DNA from: Phycisphaerae bacterium
GTDB taxonomy: Bacteria > Planctomycetota > Phycisphaerae > UBA1845 > Fen-1342
Assembly (NCBI GenBank): GCA_050115495.1
Contig: JASFQK010000040.1
Location: forward strand, 1 to 63,617
Reading direction: 5' to 3'
Length of the DNA stretch: 63,617 nucleotides
The stretch's first letter is position 1; each line of letters opens with the position of its first letter. The notes below the pieces were generated by a model. It searched no databases. It was not told where the DNA came from and saw only the letters and a program-made list of their open reading frames with translations. The translations under genes were made by a program, and so were the position numbers. Positions 50,801 through 59,032 of this stretch are shown piece by piece.

Positions 50801-50841
50801 ACGATCACCAGAGCCTTGCCGTTTGACTTGCTGCTGACCAT
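47803..50841 (-). CDS. topA: DNA topoisomerase I with six C4 zinc-ribbon repeats
   Basis: LVIVESPAKAKTI, ATDRDREGEAI, SAGRVQS, ITYMRTDS, GIGRPSTYA; six CxxC...FxxCxxYPxC repeats. Confidence 0.97.
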   Translation of the reverse strand: MVSSKSNGKALVIVESPAKAKTINKYLGKDYVVKASMGHVRDLPTKDFGIDVTDGFKPVYEVVKGRARVVSDLAKLAKAAPEIYLATDRDREGEAIAWHLVEALHLPADKVKRVIFNEITRSAIQEAFSNPHPIDLDRVNAQQARRILDRIVGYELSPLLWKKIAKGLSAGRVQSVAVRLIVEREREIRAFVPEESWKITAYVAADPAQIEGLRGPWHDILRQETTQKDIQRWLGEHGCFRAELVEIGGEAFRVTDADAAAAAAEALGYHVEQTARHPWEEYRDRGIEQVELVGRVAPDRVPALAISELKTKRTTTKPPAPFTTASLQQAASTTLRFAASRTMRIAQALYEGIDLNGEGTVGLITYMRTDSTNLAGEAVTAARSFISGTYGADYLPPQPNVYGKRQARAQEAHEAIRPTDPTRTPESMRGALNSEQYKLYELIWKRFVACQMCPAQWDSTSVSVTCETSRGPARFAGSGRKLVFDGFMRVAGVTSEDQILPEMREGQPVGLLDLDPKQQFTSPPPRYTEASLIRALEAEGIGRPSTYANILDTIQGRGYVEQDDRKFYTTPLGEVVTDKLVGHFPKIMDVKFTSFMEDELDKIEEAHLDWVRVLHEFYDPFRELLGRAGEEMEATRSQPSEYKCPTCSAQMVYRWSKGGRFLACSEYPNCKTTMNVDRDGQPVVPETTEHICELCSRPMVLRKSRSGYFLGCSGYPECRNTVPCNESGEPLKLVAESELQRPCDVCGEGQLIVKRKGRRAFLGCNRYPDCKNTAPLPNDVRLEKKPAPPPEEAGIRCDNCGRPMVIRSGRRGKFIACSGFPKCRQTRPYEKLEELRAAAAAAGTAPPPAAAPADSNAPAATPDAQPVAGTGEAHPKYGVPPAGFAWTRTGRPVVEVMPEPGTLRCPDCGSTMELKRGRFGPFFSCSAFPQCKCNANLRGEAKKQAEEMMPAPQRPQPVRTDIPCEECGSPMLLRQGRRGKFLGCSGYPKCKHTQEAPPGLDVSTPAEAGAAK

Positions 50842-51244
50842 GCTATGGATCTAAGCCTTTTCTTTATAGCGACTTAGGTTTACAGCGTCCGCAAACCACG
50901 ATCTTATCATCGGTATCCGCGCCCGGCGGCGATAACGCCGATTCCCGGACGCGCCGCCAAGATGCTTAGCGTCCCGGCCACAAGTGTCAAGCTCACCAAT
51001 CACGGCAACTAACCGTAAAGCCCCTAAACCACTGTTGATATGTTAGTCTGGGAGAAATATGGGATCTGCGAGACGGATTTCCGCCCGGCCCATGCCGCAT
51101 TTTCCGCCCGCCTCAGTCGGCGACGGGCCCCTTAACCCGCCGACGGCCCCCGCGCAGCCCGCCGTCAGCCCGCCACGCCCGCGAAACGCCCGTCCCTTCC
51201 GAGGCCAATCCGCCGATCGAACGATATGATGCACCACCGTCGCC

Positions 51245-51327
51245 GCGAGAGTGGCGGAACTGGCAGACGCGCAGGATTTAGGTTCCTGTGGGCATAGCCC
51301 GTGGGGGTTCGAGTCCCCCCTCTCGCA
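51245..51327 (+). tRNA. tRNA-Leu (anticodon TAG)
   Basis: Acceptor GCGAGAG/CTCTCGC-A, anticodon arm CAGGA-TTTAGGT-TCCTG, long variable arm, T-arm GGGGG-TTCGAGT-CCCCC; CCA not encoded. Confidence 0.95.
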
Positions 51328-51436
51328 ATTGCTCCAATGCCGTCGCGCGGCCCACGTTTGCCGGGCAACCCTCCGACCGTTTCCGGGGGATCAGTTCCAA
51401 GGCCCGGTGACGTTGGCCAGCGATGCGGGCGTCGGC

Positions 51437-52369
51437 ATGATCGAGGAACGGTGCAGTTCGGCCGATGAGCTTCTGCGGGAACTCAGCCCATTGAACAAGC
51501 GCTGGGGTGGAGCCCTGTTTTCCGAGTGGATCTTCCGCGGCCAGTCTGACGCTTGCTGGGAGCTGCAATGCAGTTCGTGGCGCAGAGATGCCGACATACT
51601 GCAGAAGATCGAAGCGGCGCTGCACACCGGCGACTTCGGCGTCAGACTCAACACCTTCCTCCAGCGTTGCAGAGAGCATCCGCCCATCTGGGAGAAGGAG
51701 CGCGGCGACTCCTGGAAGTGCATCATCCGCGCCGCGGCCGAACACGAAGTCATCTGCCGCTTCACATACCTTTGCGACCAGGTCGGTCTGGCGCTGCCGT
51801 ACGACCGTCCGATGAGCGGCAGGGCTTTCCTCGAAGCCGCGATGCGCGCGGGGGATGCAGGTCTTCCCAAGCTCCTTTCCTATCGGCCTTCAATGATCTT
51901 CCAACTTGCGCAGCACCATGGGATTCCGACGAAGCTCCTTGACTGGACGCTGAACCCGCTCGTGGCCCTACACTTCGCCACGCAGCGCACGGACCAACCA
52001 ACCGACGGCGCAGTCTTCGCGCTGCGCTCGTCAATGTTGATTGCGCCCATGGAGGCCCGGTTCACTCGCTACGGTCGTTCGACGATCCCCAACATGCACG
52101 CACAGGCGGGCGCGTTCACGTATGTCTTGGCGCCCTGGATAACTCACAAAGGCTGCCACCCGTCTCTTGATCTGATCCTCGCCTCGCGTGAGGAAACCGC
52201 AGATGCCCTCGTTAAGTTCACTGTGCCAGCCAAGCATGTTCACGAAGTCCGTGAACGGCTTCTGGCTTCAGGGCTGACGCACGCACATCTCCAGCCGAGC
52301 TACGGGGCCGTTTCGGATGTTGTCCGCAGGGAAATCGAGGGCGGCGAGTTCAAGCTGCTGATGGATTGA
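51437..52369 (+). CDS. FRG domain protein
   Basis: WIFRGQSDACWEL and LAQHHGIPTKLLDWTLNPLVALHFA, NMHAQAGAFT. Confidence 0.88.
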   Translation: MIEERCSSADELLRELSPLNKRWGGALFSEWIFRGQSDACWELQCSSWRRDADILQKIEAALHTGDFGVRLNTFLQRCREHPPIWEKERGDSWKCIIRAAAEHEVICRFTYLCDQVGLALPYDRPMSGRAFLEAAMRAGDAGLPKLLSYRPSMIFQLAQHHGIPTKLLDWTLNPLVALHFATQRTDQPTDGAVFALRSSMLIAPMEARFTRYGRSTIPNMHAQAGAFTYVLAPWITHKGCHPSLDLILASREETADALVKFTVPAKHVHEVRERLLASGLTHAHLQPSYGAVSDVVRREIEGGEFKLLMD

Positions 52370-52379
52370 CAGGTGACAA

Positions 52380-52757
52380 ATGTGCAGGACCATCGTCGTG
52401 AGTCCGTTGGAACGCGCACGACGGCTTACCGACCACGTACCGCAACTGCTTTCGATCTGCGGTACAGCCGTGTCGGCGCTGTGCACCGTGACGATTGTCG
52501 GACGCGTGCTGCTCGTGCGCGACTCGAATCACTGGGGGTTCGACATTCGTCTGTTATGGCTGGTCTGCCTCGCCGCCGGTGCACTGGCCGTGCCCATCCT
52601 TCGTTCGGCGAAACCGTGGCGGGCGTGCTGGCCGTTGACGAGCGCCGCTGTGCTCGCCGTCGTCGTGGCGGTCTTCGATCACTTCAACGTGCTGGTCGAG
52701 TACGGGTTGTGGCTCGCCCGCGGCATGCCGACGGCTGGCTCGGCACAGGCTTGGTGA
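52380..52757 (+). CDS. Small membrane hypothetical protein (about 3 TM)
   Basis: Three hydrophobic segments; starts 11 bp after the FRG stop with AGGTG SD. Confidence 0.5.
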   Translation: MCRTIVVSPLERARRLTDHVPQLLSICGTAVSALCTVTIVGRVLLVRDSNHWGFDIRLLWLVCLAAGALAVPILRSAKPWRACWPLTSAAVLAVVVAVFDHFNVLVEYGLWLARGMPTAGSAQAW

Positions 52758-52893
52758 CGCATGCGTATGAGCAGCGGTGGGAAACGCGCAAGGCCTGCAC
52801 GCGGTCGGAAGTCGCTGCCACCGGCCACCGACGTGGCCCGGGACTGCGAGGATAGGTGGGTGGCTTCCTGAACAGGAGACCGTTCCAGCTTAA

Positions 52894-53655
52894 TCACGCA
52901 TCGCGCTCTGGTAAGTGTGGGGCGCGACCACTCAGTCTGATGGCACGGAATATCAACTGCTTGGACCAGCCCGTCTTCTGGAAAATCTGCTGCACGGTCA
53001 GGCCGTCATCGTGCAGGCTGACGATGTACTTGTCTTCGGGAATCGAAGGTCCGTCGTAGTGAGTCCGCGACCGATCGTCAGGGTTCGGGATGGTGAAATC
53101 CGGGTACACGGTATACTGCGAGGCGGGCACACTGCGAAGCCTCTGCTTCTCCAGCCGGTGCACATGGTAACCCAGATCGGACTCGAGTTTGTGCGCGAAT
53201 TCGTGCGGGCTGCCAAACTCCTGAATCAGCGCCATTGTCTTCATCTCGGCCTTGTATTTGTCGAGGCGGCGATATTGCTGAGCGTTCAGACTGGCGATGG
53301 GAACCGGCCTGTTCGAGAAATACAGCAGGACTGGCTTGCCCGCCGCAGCGACTTCCTTGATCTCCTGAGCGGTACCAGAGCATGCGGTTCGAGTGCGCGT
53401 TCCGAGACGCGTCCAGAATACTGCGACCAACAGATCTGCACTCTGGACGATTTGACTGCCCAGAAAATCTTGTGGATGGCCGCCATGTTCTGAATGCCCT
53501 TCACGATCCGATCGAACGGGCAGAAGGGTTACATGCAGGTCCGTGCCACGGCCGGAGTTCCACCGGAGGATCGTCTGCTCCGCGACGTCTCGCTCCTCCA
53601 ATACATCTTCAGGAGACGCGATCAGCACGCGATAGATGTAGCTCTGGTGGCCCAA
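52894..53655 (-). CDS. DUF4062-like (TIR / nucleoside deoxyribosyltransferase-like fold) protein with possible C-terminal HTH
   Basis: YRVLIASPEDVLEERD, PQDFLGSQIVQSADLLVAVFWTRLGT, SGTAQEI, VLLYFS; C-terminal GLTVQQIFQKTGWSKQLIFRAI. Confidence 0.72.
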   Translation of the reverse strand: MGHQSYIYRVLIASPEDVLEERDVAEQTILRWNSGRGTDLHVTLLPVRSDREGHSEHGGHPQDFLGSQIVQSADLLVAVFWTRLGTRTRTACSGTAQEIKEVAAAGKPVLLYFSNRPVPIASLNAQQYRRLDKYKAEMKTMALIQEFGSPHEFAHKLESDLGYHVHRLEKQRLRSVPASQYTVYPDFTIPNPDDRSRTHYDGPSIPEDKYIVSLHDDGLTVQQIFQKTGWSKQLIFRAIRLSGRAPHLPERDA

Positions 53656-53813
53656 CGTGCGTCCCTCTCGTGCAAGCCGTGGAGCCCTATGATACGCGAA
53701 CTCGTTGCGGGGCTGTCAAGAGAATGCAGGCCGACCGGTCCCCGATTGCACACCCCAATTGCAGTGAGAGCAGGACTGAACCTCTGACCACGTGTCGACC
53801 GCTGGACGTGCTC

Positions 53814-55061
53814 CTACGTCGCTACCGGCGCGCTGCGCAGCGTCAGGTGCAGGATCTCCGCCGGGGCGTTGATGCGGAGGGGGAACCAGTTGCCGACGCC
53901 GTTCGAGACGACGAGCGACGACGGTCCGCGCGTGTACAGCCCCGAGCAGTACCTGAACAGCAGCGGCCCCGCGCCGATGTCGCGGGTCAGCATGAGCTGG
54001 CCGCCGTGCGTGTGACCCGCCAGCGTCAGGGGGACGCCGGCCGCTGCCGCCGGGTCGAAGGCGTGCGGGTGATGGGCGAGCAGGATCGGGAACGCGTCCG
54101 GCCGCCGGAGCGTCAGCAGATGCCGCACCTCGTCATCGATCGAAGCGCCGCGTCCGCCCCAGCGCAGCCCCAGCATCTGCACGCGCTCCCCGCGGATCTC
54201 CAACTCCGCCGACTCGTTGACCAGCAGCGCCACGCCCGACCGGCGGACGCCCGCTTCGAAACCAGCGCGGCTCTCGAACAGGTCGTGGTTGCCCTCGCAC
54301 GCGAACAGCCGCTCCGCCGGCTCCAGCCCGCGTAGCATGTCCAGGCCGGCGGGCAGATCACTGAGCGTGTGGTCGATCAGGTCGCCGGTGAACACGACCA
54401 GGTCGGGCCGCAGGGCGTTGGTCCGCGCCACGATCTCGTCCAGGATCGCCCCGTTCGTGAAGCGCCCCACGTGCGAATCGCTCACGTGTGCGATCGTCAA
54501 CCCGTCCAGTGCCGGCGGCAGCGTCGGCAACGGCACATCCAGTCGGCGGATCCGAAACGTGCTGAGCTGCGTCACGGACCGCGCCTGCGCCGCACCCGTG
54601 GCCAGCAATGGGACGGCGGTCAGCACACCCGCCAGCGCCTGACGACGCGTCGGGCGAACCGGCCCTTGGCCATCAGCCGGCGGATCGGCCGGATCGTCAC
54701 CAGCCTCCGCGACCACAGCCGGCGCGGGCCGAGGGCGCAATATCCGCGCGATCCACGTGCCGCCCTGCACGACCGTCCGCACCACCGTCGCCCCCGTCAG
54801 CACGACGACAGTCAGCGGCAGGATGAACAGGTGCCAGATGTAGCACTCCGCCAGCAACACGCTCGGAATCGGTGCCGCCTGCCCGCTCATCCGCGTCAGA
54901 ATGAGCCACGCGTACATCCCGAGATTGCCGCCGACGAACGCCGCCAGCACGAGCCGCCAGCGCCAACCGCGCGGCAGGCAGCGCAGACGCCGGTCCGCCC
55001 AGAACCACCAGATGACGGCCAGCATGGGCACGCCGAACACGATGAGCCGGAAGATCGACAC
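53814..55061 (-). CDS. Membrane-anchored metallophosphoesterase (YkuE/YaeI-like)
   Basis: HVSDSHVG, FTGDLID, EGNHD, LLAHHP, AGHTHGGQ, SNGVG; N-terminal TM helices; start estimated. Confidence 0.88.
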   Translation of the reverse strand: MSIFRLIVFGVPMLAVIWWFWADRRLRCLPRGWRWRLVLAAFVGGNLGMYAWLILTRMSGQAAPIPSVLLAECYIWHLFILPLTVVVLTGATVVRTVVQGGTWIARILRPRPAPAVVAEAGDDPADPPADGQGPVRPTRRQALAGVLTAVPLLATGAAQARSVTQLSTFRIRRLDVPLPTLPPALDGLTIAHVSDSHVGRFTNGAILDEIVARTNALRPDLVVFTGDLIDHTLSDLPAGLDMLRGLEPAERLFACEGNHDLFESRAGFEAGVRRSGVALLVNESAELEIRGERVQMLGLRWGGRGASIDDEVRHLLTLRRPDAFPILLAHHPHAFDPAAAAGVPLTLAGHTHGGQLMLTRDIGAGPLLFRYCSGLYTRGPSSLVVSNGVGNWFPLRINAPAEILHLTLRSAPVAT

Positions 55062-55162
55062 GACAGCATAGGATAGGCGCGGAACGGCCGTCCGGCGACA
55101 GACCCACCGTCCCGGCAACCCCCGGCCCTGGCAGCGCAGCCGGAACCGGATACGATCCCGGC

Positions 55163-56410
55163 GTGTCAGAGCGAGACGTTCCGCAACAGGTTGACGTCGC
55201 CATCGTCGGGGGCGGTGCCGCCGGCCTGGCCACCGCAATCTTCGCCGCCCGGCGTCGACGCGACCGGACCATCGTCATTCTCGACGGGGCCAGGAAGCTC
55301 GGGGCGAAGATCCTCGTCGCCGGCGGCGGGCGCTGTAACGTCACGAACCGTACAGTCACGCCGGCCGACTACTGCGGCGGGAGCGTACACGTCATCAAGC
55401 GTGTCCTCGCCGCCCTCCCGGTCGAGCGGACCGTCGCATTCCTCCGCGAGATCGGCGTCGAGCTGCACGAAGAGGAACACGGCAAGCTCTTCCCGAACAC
55501 GAACCAGGCCCGGACCGTGCTCGATGCCTTCCTCAGCGAGGCCGGCCGGTTGGGCGTGCACATCCTCACGGAGCACCGCGTCACCGCGCTCGAAGCCGGC
55601 GAAGCAGGCTTCCGGCTGCAAGCAGCGGACAAGACGTTCCACGCTCGTCGCGTCGTGCTGGCCACGGGCGGTCTATCGCTGCCGAAGACGGGCAGTGACG
55701 GCGGCGGCTACGCCCTGGCCCGCGGCCTCGGCCACACGCTCGTGCCGACTACGCCGGCGCTGGTGCCGCTCGTGCTGGCCGGCGACTTCCACACGCCGCT
55801 CTCGGGCATCGCGCAGGACGTAGAGCTGACCGTACGGCCCGGCGATGCCAAGCCGATTCGCCTGCGCGGCGCGCTGCTCTGGACGCACTTCGGCGTCAGC
55901 GGGCCGGTCGTGCTCAACGCCTCCCGCCACTGGTACCGCGCCCGCCTCGCCGGCGATGAGGTCAGTATCACCGTGAACCACCTGCCCGGAGACGACTTCG
56001 CCGCGGCTGAACAGAAGCTGCTCGCGCTGGCTTCGTCGCAACCGAAGGCCCAGCTCCACAACGCGCTGGCCCGCCTGCTACCCGCTCGCGTGGCCGTGGC
56101 CATCCTGCACAGCCTGAAGATCGACGAGTCGCTCCAGATGGTTCACCTGCCCCGCGACGCGCGCCGCCGGCTCGTGCACGCGCTGCTGGAATGGCCGCTA
56201 CCCGTGACGCGCAGCCGTGGCTACACGCACGCCGAGGTAACCGCCGGCGGCGTGCCGCTCAGCGAGATCGACCCGGCGACCATGGCCTCGCGTCCGTGTC
56301 CCGGCCTCTATCTCGTCGGCGAGATCCTCGACGTCGACGGACGGATCGGCGGCTTCAACTTTCAATGGGCATGGTCGAGTGCCTGGGTCGCCGCCTCCGC
56401 TCTCGCGTGA
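55163..56410 (+). CDS. HI0933/BaiN-family flavoprotein oxidoreductase
   Basis: GGGAAG, KILVAGGGRCNVTN, ATGGLSLPKTGSDGGGY, THFGVSGP, VTAGGV, GEILDVDGRIGGFNFQWAW. Confidence 0.93.
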   Translation: MSERDVPQQVDVAIVGGGAAGLATAIFAARRRRDRTIVILDGARKLGAKILVAGGGRCNVTNRTVTPADYCGGSVHVIKRVLAALPVERTVAFLREIGVELHEEEHGKLFPNTNQARTVLDAFLSEAGRLGVHILTEHRVTALEAGEAGFRLQAADKTFHARRVVLATGGLSLPKTGSDGGGYALARGLGHTLVPTTPALVPLVLAGDFHTPLSGIAQDVELTVRPGDAKPIRLRGALLWTHFGVSGPVVLNASRHWYRARLAGDEVSITVNHLPGDDFAAAEQKLLALASSQPKAQLHNALARLLPARVAVAILHSLKIDESLQMVHLPRDARRRLVHALLEWPLPVTRSRGYTHAEVTAGGVPLSEIDPATMASRPCPGLYLVGEILDVDGRIGGFNFQWAWSSAWVAASALA

Positions 56411-56462
56411 AGCGCCGGCGCGCCGACCTGCGGTAGCGGCCGTCGGCTGAAGATGCCCCCGC

Positions 56463-57056
56463 TCAGTCCTTCTTCTCGAAGACCTGCATGTACAGGAACT
56501 CTCCCGCACGCACGAGTTCCGTCGGCGTCAACGGAATCGCCCGCCGCAGATCCTCCGGTGAGAAACGAATGTCCATCGGCGGTCCGGACGGCGTCTCTCG
56601 CTTGTCGATCTCGACGACGGCCAGCTTCGCTCCCGGCTTCAGAATACGGACAACTTCGCTCCGGAAGCCCGCCATCTGCTCGGGTGAGAAGCCGTGAAGC
56701 ACGTTCGCGATGTAGACGATGTCCACGCAGGCGGCGTCCAGCGGCGTCCGAGCCGTGATGTCGCCCACCATCGCGTGAATGTTGTTTTGCGCCGTCTCGC
56801 TGCGCAGGGCGGCGATGGCCTCTTCGTCGGGGTCGATGGCGTAGACGGCCCCGGCGCTGCCCAGCGCGTCCGAGAATGTCCTGGACATGTGACCGCTGCC
56901 GCAGCCGGCGTCGAGAATCGTCTGGCCAGGCCGGATACGCAGCGCGTCCAGAATCGCCGGCTTGTCCAGCATACTCTCCGACGACCTTCCTTTGTGGTGG
57001 TGGTGCCTGGCCGCGTGTTCGTTGCGGGCCGTCTGTCCAGCGTGTTCGTGACTCAT
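56463..57056 (-). CDS. Class I SAM-dependent methyltransferase with His-rich N-terminus
   Basis: ILDAGCGSG, YAIDPD, ANVLH, RILKPGAKLAVVE; alternative start 57080. Confidence 0.85.
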   Translation of the reverse strand: MSHEHAGQTARNEHAARHHHHKGRSSESMLDKPAILDALRIRPGQTILDAGCGSGHMSRTFSDALGSAGAVYAIDPDEEAIAALRSETAQNNIHAMVGDITARTPLDAACVDIVYIANVLHGFSPEQMAGFRSEVVRILKPGAKLAVVEIDKRETPSGPPMDIRFSPEDLRRAIPLTPTELVRAGEFLYMQVFEKKD

Positions 57057-57319
57057 CCGGATGCCCTCTACCTTATACATCAGGCTGCAATCGTGCCGCC
57101 GCTATGACGGATCATACCGACATGGTAGCAGCCATCGCCGCTCGCCGCCGCGATTCGGGCCGGAGCAGGCGGTTTTCGCCCCGCGCTGGCGGAATCGCCA
57201 ACGCCGCCTAGAATCTGAACGTAGTTCGTGCGGGAGGAACCACCGGAACTTGCCGGCGCGAGGTTGTTGTCCATCGCCAATCACTGGCCGGAACCTCGGC
57301 AGCAGCATACGAGGAGCGC

Positions 57320-59032
57320 ATGAGTAGGAAGCTGGTCATCATCGGCGGTGTTGCCGGCGGCGCTACCGCCGCGGCCCGGGCCCGACGGCTCGACGAAGAC
57401 GCCGAAATCATCATGATCGAACGCGGGGAGTACGTCTCGTTCGCCAACTGCGGCCTGCCTTATCACATCGGCGGCGAGATCCGCAAGCGCGCCCGACTGC
57501 TCGTCCAGACCCGCCACGGCCTCGCCCGCCGCTTCGCCCTCGATATCCGCACCCGGCAGGAGGCGATCCGCATCGACCCCGCCGCCCGCCTCGTGCACAT
57601 CCGCGATCTCGAAACCGGCCGCGAATACGCCGAGACCTACGACAACCTGCTCCTCTCGCCCGGGGCGGCGCCCTTCGTGCCACCCGTGCCCGGCAACGAT
57701 CACCCGCGCGTGCTCACGCTGCGCAACATGGCCGACATGGACCGCATCAAGAAGTTCGTCGACCGCGAAGCGAAGTCGGCGCTCGTCATCGGCGGCGGCT
57801 TCATCGGCCTGGAGATGGCCGAGAATCTGCGCCGCCGCGAACTGGCCGTGTCGCTGGTCGAACTCGCCCCGCAGGTCATGCCCCCGCTCGACGCCGAGAT
57901 CGCCGCTCGCCTGCACCGCGAGTTGCAGACCCACGGCATCGAGCTGCACCTCAACGATGCGGTCACCCGCTTCGACGACGACGGCGGCAGCGTGCGTGCC
58001 CAGCTCAAGAGCGGCCGCACCCTCCAGGCCGACCTGGCCATCATGGCCGTCGGCGTGCGCCCGGACACCGCCCTGGCCCGCACGGCCGGACTGGCGGTCG
58101 ATGAGCGCGGCGCGCTGCTCGTGGACGACCACCTGCGCACCAGCGACCCGCACATCTACGCCGTCGGCGACGCGATCCAGGTGCAGGACGTGGTTTCCGG
58201 CACACCGGCCTTCGTGCCGCTGGCCGGCCCGGCCAACCGGCAGGCCCGCATCGCCGTCGACAACATCTTCGGCCGCGTCTCCCGCTATCGCGGCACGCAG
58301 GGTACCAGCATCGTGCAGCTCTTCGACGTCACCGCGGCCCTGACCGGCGCCTCGGAGAAGACGCTCCGCCGGCTCGACCTGCCCTATCGCAAGGTCTACG
58401 TGTTCCGCGGCCACCATGTCGGCTACTACCCCGGCGCGGAGGAGATGATGATCAAGCTCCTGTTCACGCCCGAGGAAGGCCGCGTGCTCGGCGCGCAGAT
58501 CATCGGCGGGGCGGGCGTGGACAAGCGCATCGACGTGCTGGCCGTGGCCGTGCAGGCTGGACTGACCGTGGCCGATCTCGAAGAGATGGAGCTGGCCTAC
58601 GCCCCACAATTCGGCGCGGCCAAGGATCCCGTCAACATCGCCGGCTTCGTCGCCCGCAACGCCCTCAGCGGCGACGAGGACTACGTCTTCGCCGAGGAGC
58701 TCGGCCCGGAAGCGGCCGAACGCTTCACGATCATCGACGTGCGCGACCCCGTGGAGTACGCGGCGGGCACCATCCCCGGCGCCCGGCTCCTGCCACTGTC
58801 GGAGCTGCGTGAGCGTTGGCGGGAAATCCCCAACGGCAAGCCGGTACTCACCTTCTGCACCGTCGGTCAGCGGGCGTACTACGCGAACCGGATGCTACGG
58901 CAGAAAGGGTTACAGGTGCGCAACCTGGCGGGTGGGTTCAACACCTACAACCTGGTGCGCGCAGCCCAGACGAGCAGCGTCCCCCCCGCGGAGACGCCGC
59001 CGCCCTGCTCAGTTGCCCCAGGAGAAGCGTGA
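57320..59032 (+). CDS. CoA-disulfide reductase / NADH-persulfide reductase with rhodanese domain
   Basis: GGVAGGATAAARARR, SFANCGLPY, GGGFIGLEMAE, LAYAPQF, C-terminal IDVRDPVEY...FCTVGQRAY...NLAGGF. Confidence 0.92.
   Translation: MSRKLVIIGGVAGGATAAARARRLDEDAEIIMIERGEYVSFANCGLPYHIGGEIRKRARLLVQTRHGLARRFALDIRTRQEAIRIDPAARLVHIRDLETGREYAETYDNLLLSPGAAPFVPPVPGNDHPRVLTLRNMADMDRIKKFVDREAKSALVIGGGFIGLEMAENLRRRELAVSLVELAPQVMPPLDAEIAARLHRELQTHGIELHLNDAVTRFDDDGGSVRAQLKSGRTLQADLAIMAVGVRPDTALARTAGLAVDERGALLVDDHLRTSDPHIYAVGDAIQVQDVVSGTPAFVPLAGPANRQARIAVDNIFGRVSRYRGTQGTSIVQLFDVTAALTGASEKTLRRLDLPYRKVYVFRGHHVGYYPGAEEMMIKLLFTPEEGRVLGAQIIGGAGVDKRIDVLAVAVQAGLTVADLEEMELAYAPQFGAAKDPVNIAGFVARNALSGDEDYVFAEELGPEAAERFTIIDVRDPVEYAAGTIPGARLLPLSELRERWREIPNGKPVLTFCTVGQRAYYANRMLRQKGLQVRNLAGGFNTYNLVRAAQTSSVPPAETPPPCSVAPGEA

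Noticed and set aside
47242..50826. 1194-aa ORF antisense to topA, and similar long antisense ORFs over sppA, pepD, groEL, glnA and the CoA-disulfide reductase gene
   Set aside because: Shadow ORFs expected from high GC3 codon bias; no motifs and they fully overlap clear genes.
53655..53680. attR duplicate of the tRNA-Leu 3' end (CCCTCTCG)
   Set aside because: Only about 8 bp match, and it coincides with the minus-strand RBS of the DUF4062-like gene.
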